A stretch of DNA of 64,000 bases from Catajapyx aquilonaris (Eukaryota). The number at the start of each line of letters is the position of its first letter. Within the stretch, counting starts at the first letter, position 1. Of the stretch, positions 36,780 to 47,297 are shown one piece after another. The stretch lies in contig KZ538311.1 in assembly GCA_000934665.2 (NCBI GenBank), forward strand, positions 62,001 to 126,000, given 5' to 3'. The notes under the pieces were generated by a model. It had not been told where the DNA came from and did no database searches. It saw nothing but the letters and a program-made list of their open reading frames with translations. Made by a program: the position numbers and the translations under genes.

Positions 36780-38784
36780 TCAGTCCTCTTCATTCTTCCC
36801 ATTCTCATGGTGGTTTCCATTCACCTTCCCGTTGAGCGAGAGCTTGTCATCACGGTAACCATTTGGGTTAAGGGTTTGCCAGTGCCAGAAGTCACGGCCT
36901 GTAAAAGCAACATGCAATCTAAGTAAATGGCATCTGAAATACTAATGGAGTAACTACTAAAAGTCTTTAAATTTAACAGTACATGTCCCGTCATTACTTT
37001 TACTTGCCTTTCTCTACTATTTAAGCCATAAGCATCCCTACAATGCAGCAGAAACCCTAGTTAAAGTGTAATGTAATTCAAAGGGCTGTAAAATTTGTTA
37101 CGCTTGACGTACACCCATCACCGCAAGGAAAGAAAGTCATTGGCAGAAGAAATAACTTACACATCAGCTCCAAAGAGTACCGGGCATTCCAGCCAAGCTC
37201 ATTTTGGGCCAAGGCTGCATTAGCATACATGGAAACAATATCCCCCTCTCGTCGCTCCCTGATCTCGTAGGGAACACTGGCACCCGTCACCTTTTCAAAG
37301 GTTTTCACCAACTGCAGCACCGACACACCCTTCCCAGTGCCCAAGTTGTACGTCTGAAAAAAATGCAATGGAGAGAAATGCCATACTTACACATGTCAAC
37401 TACATCAAATTGGGGCTTCCACAAGAGTTCATTAGCGGCCTGCGTGGCTTCGCAAACCAAGGTGTCCACATCTCCCACGCGGCGGGGGCCCCAAGTGTAC
37501 GGGATACATGTCCCGGTAGTGGCCTCAAATATACTTATGAGGTTCAGAACTGACAGGCCAATACCCAAACCCAAGTTATATACCTGCAGACAAGGGGTGG
37601 AAATGGAGAGGTGCTTCCCAGTGTTTGCGCAATGGGGCTGCTTACCTTAAAACGCTGGTGATCCTTGAACAGCTTGTTGAGGGCGGCCACGTGCCCTGAG
37701 GCCAGGTCCATTACGTGGATGTAATCCCGCACCCCAGTTCCATCCTCAGTGTCGTAATCCCCTCCGAATATGACCAGCGACGGCTTCTTTCCTAGGGCTA
37801 CCTGAAGAAGCAAAGTGGGATCACACTGCCAGTCTAATATACAAGCAATAAATACCTGCGCAATGTATGGCATCAGGTTGGTGAATGCTTTGGTAGGATC
37901 CTCCCCAATGCGGCCGGATGGATGTGCTCCAACTGGATTGAAGTAGCGCAGTGCAATGATGTTCCACTGCTTCTCCGCAGCACTCAAGTCCTTCAGCATC
38001 TCCTCAATAAAATACTTGGTCCGTCCATACACATTAGTGACATTGCCCGTCGGGTGACCCTCCGTGATGGGGAGAGTGGCCGGGTTTCCATAAACGCAGC
38101 AGGAACTGGAAAACACCAGCTGGTAGCATCCGCTTGCCTTCATGGCCTCCAGCAAGTTGATAGTACCAGTCACATTGTTCATGTAGTACATCAGCGGAAG
38201 CTGCATAGACTCTCCCACTGCTTTCATGGCAGCAAAGTGAATCACGCAGTCAACCGGGTGCTGCAATTAAGTTCTACATGTCAACCATTTGGTAGTACGG
38301 ACCTCTCTCAACATTTTGAATAGTGGGCAGAATCTGTGAAATTAGTTATTTTATTAATGAAAAAGCAACCAGCTATTCCATGCTGAAATTAACAGGTGGT
38401 TATAAAATTAATGCAAACCATGGTACCCAGTATTTGTCAAGGTCTTGTTGATGCTTCACTGTACAGTTACACGGTTGAGAGGTCAAGGCTTCTACTTTCT
38501 ACACAAAACATGCTTTTGTTATACCCCCCAAAAATAGTACACACCTTCTGAAAAATGTCGGTGAGACTCTTGGAGTCGAGCAGGTCACACTGGTAGAAAG
38601 TGACCTTCTTTCCAGTGATCTCCTCGACCCTCTGGAGACTAGGAGCCACTCCTCCACCGTCGACACAGTTGGCAAAGTTGTCAATGGCCACAACATGATA
38701 CCCAGCATTCAACAGCTCGCAAACACAGTGGCTTCCGATGTACCCAGCACCACCAGTCACAAACACAGTCTTCTGACCCGACAT
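36780..38784 (-). CDS. GALE: UDP-glucose 4-epimerase, 370 aa, with two alternative versions of exon 4
   Basis: Exons 38784-38545, 38260-37856, 37801-37646, [37583-37391 OR 37353-37161] and 36898-36780; 1113 nt with either exon 4. Motifs [37 protein letters not shown] (YxxxK), [41 protein letters not shown] probable non-coding first exon ends at a GTAAGT donor at 39158. Confidence 0.96.
37161..37353 (-). CDS. GALE: GALE alternative exon 4b (canonical-like copy)
   Basis: tttcag|ACG...ATG T|gtaagt, 193 nt, phase 0/1, encoding [64 protein letters not shown]. Confidence 0.92.
37391..37583 (-). CDS. GALE: GALE alternative exon 4a (divergent copy)
   Basis: tgcag|GTA...ATG T|gtaagt, 193 nt, phase 0/1, encoding [64 protein letters not shown]; no stop or indel. 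Confidence 0.8.
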
Positions 38785-39938
38785 CACTAATACGCACCTG
38801 AAGAGTTAAAAATGCTGACGTGAGTAAAGGGAATGTGAACAATCCGGCCCGGACGAGTCTGGCAGGCGCCTCTTGATAAATATTTGGGAAGCCTCTCAAA
38901 AGGATTTGACATTGACCTTTTTGCTGCTGTTTGGTCCGCTGCACACACACCGGCTGCCTAAGGGGCAATGGCCATCCCGTCCATTAGCAAAAGGGGCTAA
39001 TGACCGTCGCTTTTTCAAGGGCGATGCTACCTCTCGTGAAAATATTTGCCAGAGAATGGACCGAAAATTTCATCCTTGGGCAAAAGTGACGTCAAAAACT
39101 AGTCACCAAATGATGTAAGATCACTCAAGGCTAATTTGCATAGCAGTGTCCTACTTACAACAAGCCGAATGATGAGTTGTCTGTTTTCCTTCTTCTTCTG
39201 CCCTTGTGCCAAATGCAGTGCTGTGGACAAACGTGTGCAGCCAACCAGACACAGATGATGATGGCAGGCCACTCACACAGCGTCTGGTGCTAGACTGCTA
39301 GCCAACAGTGTTTTCCTCCGTTTTGTGTGGCAGGCAAGCCACCCCCAAGCACCACAATGCCCTTGGAGGACTGCTGGCGAAAGGGGGGGAAAAAGGACCA
39401 CGGTTTTTGTCACGGTCGAAATAATAACAGGGGCCCTCAGTGGAAAAAAGTCATGTGAAAACGTGACTCAATATTTGTTTAATTACGTGACTGTACAAAT
39501 ATAACATTGAGTGGAATTTTCGTCCTGTTATAGTTACTGCTAATAAGTTAGCAGTAACTAGCAGTGAGATGAAAAATTCATTGTTTCTAATGCAAACGTG
39601 CAATAAAGAACCGGTTTGTTTAAAATTGCGCCAGAATTGTACGTGACTCATCCGCCAGAAATGTTGTCTGCGCAATAGAGAAAGTACAGCCTGAATTTAA
39701 TGACAGTACAATGATTAAAAGGCATTTTATTAACCAGTAGTTATGATCAATCAGTCAATTTGCAAACACGTTTAAATTTGCCTACTTTTTCTCCAGTGAA
39801 GCTCAGTGGTCGGGAGGTGTCGCCGTCTGTGGCCAACTGTGCCAACTACTCATTTAGTGCACAGTCTACATACGTTGCATCATTACACGTGCTGGCAGCT
39901 GTTTAATTGTTTGTCCAGAGTTTCTGGATTTTAAAAAA

Positions 39939-42027
39939 ATGTCCGGACCTGTGGAGTTCCAGGTTGTGGTGATGGCTGCGGGGAAGGGCTCCAGGATGTC
40001 AGAGGTCACAGCTTCCAGACCCAGGTGCCTCATACCCGTGGCCAACTATCCGCTGCTGTGGTACCCTCTCAGTATGCTCCAGAGGAATGGGTTCCAAGGT
40101 TAATTGTTGTGCAGAGCTTTCCAATTTGTGGGGTACTAACATGGCCAAGTTTTTTTTTTCCAGAGGTGATTGTGGTGGTGCCGGAGTCGGCCCAGAGCGA
40201 GGTGGCTGCCCTCCCTAAGAAGTATTCCCTGGCGCTGAAGCTGGACGTCGTGCCAATCAGTACCAACACCGACTGGGGGACGGCTGATTCCCTCCGGCAC
40301 GTACAGGACAGGATTAAAGTAAATGTGGATTAAACATCAGGAAAACAAATCATTTTTGATATAATTAATTCCAGACGGATGTGATTGTGGTGAGCTGCGA
40401 CCTTATCGCGGACATCAACCTGGCCGAGGTGGTCCTTCCGAGGCGAATTCATGGCGCGTCAGTCACTGCTGTCTATTCAAAGGTGGATCTACATCTGAAT
40501 AAGGTTCAAGTGCCTGGACCAAAAACCAAGCACAAGAATGGTACGCATTTGTAAAATTAAAAGTGTGGAAAGAAAAATTATCCATGCCGCTTTTCAGAGC
40601 GTGATTTGGTTGGGATTGACCAGAACTCTTCTCGGTTGGTTTACCTCACGTCCGAAGCGGACATTGAGGACGAGACTGTCTACATTAAAAGATCTGTACT
40701 TCGTCGCTACCCGCATGTGCGCTTCCAGACTGGTCTTTTGGATGCGCATCTTTATGTGCTGGCAAAGTGGGTGTGTGATTACCTCGCACAGAACCAATCA
40801 ATCACTGCCTTGAAAGGTGAATTGATGCCGTACCTGGTGCGCAAGCAGTTTTCAAAGCCGAAGGTGGAATCGCCGTCTAAGCCTACTGTTGCATCGTTGG
40901 TGTCGGAATCATTTGTTTCCGACATATTCAGCTTCTCAAAAGAGGATGAGAGAGCCGTTAGAATCCGAGAGGCTTCGTCCTGGACCGATCACAGTGGTGA
41001 CATGGACGGTGCGTATCACTCAGAGCAGATACGCTGTTATGCGCATGTGGTCCAGTCAAAATGTTTGAGAGCCAACACACTGCCTGCTTACTGTGAGGCC
41101 AACCGACTTGTGTCCAAAGACTGGGTCGATGTAATAGAAGGTGGGGTCTTGCGCCTCATACATCCGTCTAGTCAGGTTATGAGTACTCAGATTGGTCCGG
41201 ATTGCTGTGTGGGTGAATCGACAATCATAGCAGCAAAGACGTCAATCAAGCGATGCATCATAGGAAGCCATTGCAAGATTGAGGAGAAGGTTCGCCTGAC
41301 TAACTGCATTCTCATGGACAATGTGGTCGTAAAGGAAGGGTATGTTTATTATTACAAACAATAGAATATGAAGGCTACAGTGGTTAATATGGTCATCGTT
41401 TCATTGTAAATATATTAAATTGCGTGACATACTTAACTGCAATTAATATCTTCTGCTACAATGTGTACCGTATTATCACTTATTGAAAGAGAACTACAAT
41501 GAAATACCTGGAGCTAAAAGGTCATTTAAAAAAAGTGCTTCGTGCCATTATTCGGATAAATTTTTTTTTCTGAACTTAATCCGTAGTGTCATTAACATTT
41601 CAAAAGGGTCATGTTAGTTTTAATAGAAAATGTTATTTTTTCCAACTTTGTTCCTCTCTTTACAAGGTCGGTTCTGCAGGGATGTTTAGTATGTGCTAAT
41701 GCCAATGTGCACGAGCTGTGTGACTTGAAGGATTGCCTCGTTGGTGGAAATCACACTGTTCATTCTGGAAGTAAGTAGTGAGCTGACAAGGGAACCTCCT
41801 GAAAATGAATGTCAATTGGCAAATCATGACTGAATGCAAATTATTCTTCATGGTACGAGGAGACAAATTGCAAATGATCTTGATTTGCCCACCAGTTTTC
41901 ATTTTCAGAAGATTCCCTTGCAAGATTTATGCTATTTAGGCACAAGTACTTTCATGGCCCTTTTTTTTTTGCAGCTCGAAGCAGCAATGAAATTCTGGTG
42001 GATGTTGATCGAATGATGGAGATTTGA
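39939..42027 (+). CDS. EIF2B3: Translation initiation factor eIF2B subunit gamma, 6 exons, 459 aa
   Basis: Exons 39939-40098, 40164-40318, 40375-40540, 40598-41339, 41667-41770 and 41975-42027; total 1380 nt. Pyrophosphorylase-like N-terminus EFQVVVMAAGKGSRM...LIPVANYPLLWYPL, GTADSLR, VVSCDLI, LLDAHLYVL, LKGELMPYLVRKQF, a C-terminal left-handed beta-helix (IKRCIIGSHCKIEEKVRLTNCILMDNVVV), ending RMMEI. Confidence 0.93.
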
Positions 42028-42729
42028 GTACCAGCAATTGCTACAGTGATTGGTTAAAAAATTGCAATTTACATGACAGAAATAATAACTTTTACATATT
42101 TGTCAAATGCGTATGCCTATTATACTGTCAAATTACCTGTATGCCACAATTTGCAATTATCTCAACTTAAGGTCTTATCTGGTGCAAATGGCCACTGGCA
42201 ACAATGTGTCAGTTTATGATCTCCAGTATTTTCATAATTTTTCCCTCAGGCGTTTCTAAATGTAAAATTATGGGGGGCAATTGAATAATCCTCATAAATT
42301 ATCAAATCAGTCATGTCTGATTGGATTGGCTTGCTTCCAAATCACACATCATTTTGAAGGCGTGGAGATTTTTTATTATTCTTTTTATTATGCATGATCA
42401 GTTTCATTTTTTACACTAGTAATGACTGACCTGAATATCTATCCATCCATGTAAACATAACATTTCCTTGATTTGTTTGGCTAAATTAAACTGTCAATTT
42501 GATGCGAGTGTCCAGAGGCTAAATTGCAGCCCAATGGAGGCTGCACACAGCTGATCATTCGCTAACAAGCTTCACTGGGAAAAATTGTGATTTGTACCAC
42601 ACGCTTGTGCTTCCTGAAGTCACACTTTTCCACCCGGAGACAGTGACGGGAAGCGATTTAAGGGTGAGACAAATGTACAAACAAATTTTCCTTCATGGCC
42701 TGTAACCTTTCCTTTTGCACACACTAGAT

Positions 42730-43101
42730 CATAGGTGGGGAACCTTTTTTCTCCGTGGGCCGCATAGAGATTTCAAAAAAATTTGAAGGGCAGCATCTAA
42801 TAAAAGCAATTCAACTTATATAAAAAAGTTTACAGTAATTATAAATATCCATCGCTTTAAATAACTTCCATTAATTGCATAAATCATCATTAAATTGATA
42901 AAATTAGCTAAATATATCAATGAAAATGGCCTGTATAAATTTAAAAAAACAATGTTTTTGTGGATTTAAAATAATTAAAAAGAAAATCACAGGCATAAAA
43001 TTTTGCAATTTTAATTTTTTAAAACTTAAAGGAATTCCAAAATTTTTGCGCGGTCTGTGCAAGCCGGATCCGGCCCGCGGGCCGTAGGTTGCCCACCCCT
43101 G
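42730..43101. mobile_element. Non-autonomous hAT (Buster/Charlie-like) MITE, 372 bp
   Basis: Exact 8-bp target duplication CACTAGAT (42722-42729 and 43102-43109, central TA). TIRs CATAGGTGGGGAACC / GGTTGCCCACCCCTG, GC-rich subterminal GGCCCGCGGGCCG and an AT-rich interior. Confidence 0.88.
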
Positions 43102-43224
43102 CACTAGATGGAAGGAGCTTGGCGTTTTTTCGAGGGTGGGAAATTAGATATTTCTATGGTCACCATATAGGCCTATAAAAGGGCACAGCTATTAAGAATG
43201 TAATGGACATGAGACAAGGGTATT

Positions 43225-44510
43225 TATATTATTTTCCTTCCCCGTTCATAGGGCCATAGGCCCTTTTGGGGGGACACACACACAGGTTTACAAAATTACA
43301 CAAGAAAGAAGAAAAAAAAGAAAACGTACACTATGAACAGTTAAATCAGAGGTGGGTTGTCAGTAACAGTGTACCATACGCTTATGAACATTGGACAGAT
43401 ATTGGGTGAATTTGAAAGATTTGTTGATTCGATACAGTCATAAAAAAAGAAGAGAGTTGGTCAGGTGGAAAACGAAGAAAGGAGTGAAGGTATATAGTAC
43501 GTGGCGTATTAAATATTAAACATTCAAAAAGCATATGGAAAAAATCAAAATAACTGTTTAAATAACACCAATCACAAATGTCCTCACATAGTCTTATGCC
43601 CGTACCAGCTTTTATTGGGATGTAGGTTGACATGTTCCGTAAGTTTATGTGCATTTTGAGCATGGGCAAAGGCAGGTCGATAAAGAAATATGGCTCTTGA
43701 GCATATGTTGACTTGTATTGTTTGTAGTAGATGTATCTTTTCGTATTAGACAACCGGTTCAGAAAAAGGTTTTGCTGGAATTCCTCAGCTATTTGCAATG
43801 TTTGACTGGGATTGGATATCAAGTCATCCCATTTGACATTTAGTGAGTCAAAAAAGGTAGTACAGGATCTGACCCAATTTGCAGCCTTCTGCGGTAATTT
43901 CAAGTCTGCTTGTTTCGAGTAAACATACGCCACTTTCATAATTCTTTCATCGTGCATTGTTTCAAGCTTAATTATAAATTTGGCTATTTGTTCTAATAGG
44001 AAAATACTAACTGAGGTTTCAGCCGTTTCTGAAAAGACAAAATGTGTGGCCGCATATCTCGGGAGGCTTAAAAATTTCTTTAGAAAAGTACATTGAGTAC
44101 CAGCATTTTGGACTGCCGGGGGCCTCAAATTTGCTCACCATATGTCAAGACTGGCTTAATATGGGAATTAAATAATTTGATTGCAATTATCAGATCACGA
44201 ATTTTCAGTTTAATTCAGGTTGTCCAAACTGAATTTATTGCCAACATTGATTTTGTTTTTGAGAGATCTGCGGTGGACTTTGAGTTGCCGGAAGTTGTGA
44301 AAGGGACACCCAAGTAGGTGTACGAGGAAGTCATGAGAATTTTTTCCTTACCCCACCAAAAAGGTTCTGTTTGGATGTCTACCTCCTCTCCTAGGGCACA
44401 TTATTTTGGTTTTGTCTAAGTTAATTGTCAGTTTATTTAACGAAAAATAGTCTTTTAGGATGTTCAAATTACACTGAAGATATAGACTACACTTTGAAAA
44501 TGAGCATACT
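43225..44510 (-). mobile_element. 5'-truncated, degenerate non-LTR retrotransposon (LINE) ORF2 remnant
   Basis: RT C-terminal motifs LQCNLNILKDY...LTINLDKTKIM, YTYLGVPF and LFNSHIKPVLTYG, then after a frameshift FLKKFLSLP and a C-terminal CxxC...H...C knuckle (CDWC...FHMLFEC). In-frame stops are present; boundaries are approximate. Confidence 0.8.
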
Positions 44511-47281
44511 GTGGGAGTAATACGCAGGCATTCTTGCAGCACAGTTCAGTAATATTATGCAGCAAGCATTGCCCCTTCTAACTGCACAAATTTTATGGGT
44601 ATGTCGGGCCAAGAAAAGTCAACAGTTGGTTTTACTACAGTGCGTCTCAATAATGGAACTTGGCAGGTCTTAATCGTTCAAGTGCTCTGCTGGCAACATG
44701 CGATCTTCAATGTCCATCTATTAGCACGATCTACAAGTGCTGCAGAGGGATCAAGACAGCGCCAGAGTACTTCCATGATGTAATCCTCAGAAATTGTTTT
44801 GCCAACATGTGCTTTGCATATCTCAGGTTAGTAGAATACTACTCATGGTCTAATGGCTTTTGATATACATTATTTCCTTTTCGCCTCCCATTTAATGCAT
44901 CGGTGCTATGAGAGTGCTCGTCTTGCGTCTTCTCCTGGAATTGCCTGGAAGTTGTTTCCCATACAATAATTTATGAAGCAAGTAACATCTGCTGTTTCAT
45001 CGCCACTAACTCTAGATCATATCGAGAAATACCATCCAGAGTATATAATTTGTATCGTGTATGTATGCATCACAATTATTTTGAGAGTAGTAGTAATTTT
45101 AGCCATGACAATTTCAAATATTTGGTAGCCCATTAATTGCCTAATTATAGGGAAATGATCTAATTACACATTTTCATTACAAATCCCGGGTACGGTCCAA
45201 GGAGAGCAACAGCTTTATTATTCATTACACGGCTCCAAACCACGCATATGTTTCGGGCCCCACAGATTGTGTAATAAGAGAAATGCGTTCTGTTTTTTTT
45301 GTGATCCTCTCCCCAACGCAGAGGCGGCATAAATCCAGTGCTCACGACCCTGCAATTGGATGGTGGGCGTAATAATAAATAAGATGGGGGGAGATCCGGT
45401 TTGCGCTATCCGAACACCATCATGATGAGCATAAATCTGAGGGCTCTTCTTCTCCCGGAAAAAAATATCCTTCCTGCGCTGCGTAGGCTTAGGAAGCAAT
45501 TGCTACCAACGCCTGCATGGGCCTTCCCAATCTCATTGAAGAGGAGTTTTTAAAGGTGGGTGGGGAAAGTCCTTACCAACAACCTTAGAAGCATGCTCAT
45601 TAATCACAGGGTGGTGACTGTCAAGCCTTTTCCTTGCCCCCTCATGCCACCAACTCCATTTCTTATCCCTTCAAGACAGATGGAGTTCCACTTTGATCAG
45701 TCTTTTGGGAGGGGGGGAGAGCCCGAAACAAGGACCAGGCTTCCCTTCCGAAAAGTTTGGGAGTGACGGTGTTGCCAAATTTTTTTTGCAGGGTGCTAGG
45801 TGCAATTAACGGTGACGATGAGCATATCCTTCGGGGCAGGAGAGGAAACTTTTCGGAGGCTACAAAGGCTCCAAAACTTATTTTTGGAAATTAAATTTTT
45901 GAGGGTGTTGCAAGCCAAGGGGTTTTGACAGGCTCGAGCTACAAACGGCATCACGAAATGTTCCCATTGAGTTACAGAGAGAAAGAGAGAGAGAGAAAAA
46001 ATGGGGGCGAGTGGGATAAAAATCGATTCGAGTATAGTTGGCAATTTCGACATGTCGAGTATTGGGGGGAAAAAGGGGGGGCTGTCAATTTGCATTCAAC
46101 TATGAAAGCCATCAGCAGTTTGATGCCAGGCTATACACAAAAATCTGATTTAATCTAGAAAAAAAGGGGGGCAGGTTGGGAATTCGCGTTTTAAAAGTAC
46201 GTCAGAGTGAATTACACTTCAAAATTTGCAGTACATGGCTGAAGTAACGCTGTATTGGTAAAACACTTGTACGTCAATCAGTTTATTACTTGCTGTATCA
46301 TGAACAGTTTTTCAGAGTTAAAGACTGATGCCATAGTATGTTTCTGAAGCTTGCGGAAGTGTGAACGAAATTAAAATTAACATATACTTTTCGTACTGAA
46401 ACTGTATAAGAGAAACTGAGATTATCGGTTCCGACAGTAAACCACAAAAAATGCGCTTATAAAGTTACTTTATTTTACCATTCTCACTTTGCACGTACAA
46501 TTTTCCACCTAATGCCGTCAAAGTATAACTAATGAGCGGAAAATAATATCCCGAAAAAACGCCGGTTTACAATCGGAAGGGTCGCCACAAAATTCTCCTG
46601 TTGTTCATCAACCCTTCCCCCTTTAAAATGAGAGCACTTTTTTATCTTCATTATTGCAATGATCCCTTTGTGAGCACCGGCGCTGCATACTTGAAGCGAG
46701 TGAATCATTCAAGGGTTGTTAGGCGGTGCCTATGCAGCCTCACCCTGCTCTCTTAGCACAGATTGGGGAATACTTGGAGTGGCCTCTCAGAGGCTCGTTT
46801 TCAACACATGAATGTGTTGTTTTTTTTCATCCACTTTCTTTGCCCTCTAGTGGTCAATTTTGGCCGACTTCGGGGCACCTTTAGCCTCATCCTACTTGAT
46901 AAGAGACCCTAATTTGAATCCATTATCCTGTATATTCAGAGCCACCAACAATCCTTTCCTGTTCGGCAGGAAGTCTGCTTGCAAGGGGCTCATTCCTTCC
47001 ATATGGCAGGACTACCATTAATTTTATTTTACAGTGAATCGTAGCGGAAAAAATGTGGTCCTCACGCTGAATGGACCCAACCCCACCTTGGGAATGGCAG
47101 TGGTGCAGAAAATCGTAAAGTTGGGGGGGCCTTATCTGCATAGCAATGGTACCGTAGTGCAGCTGACACAAGTGCAGATATCCGACAGAAAAGCATCCGG
47201 GCCAACGGGTTAGTTCGGGCCCCACTTACAACCATCTAGTGACCTTACAACCGCCCCAAGGATTTACATCAGAGTCCCCCC

Positions 47282-47297
47282 NNNNNNNNNNNNNNNN
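47282..47297. other. Assembly gap (16 N) within a poly-C tract; a single N also at 29175 in a poly-G tract
   Basis: Ns read directly in the sequence. Confidence 0.98.

Noticed and set aside
37802..37855. 18-aa insertion ([18 protein letters not shown]) in the GALE ORF
   Set aside because: It is a 54-nt GT-AG intron that happens to be in frame; removing it restores YIAQVALG.
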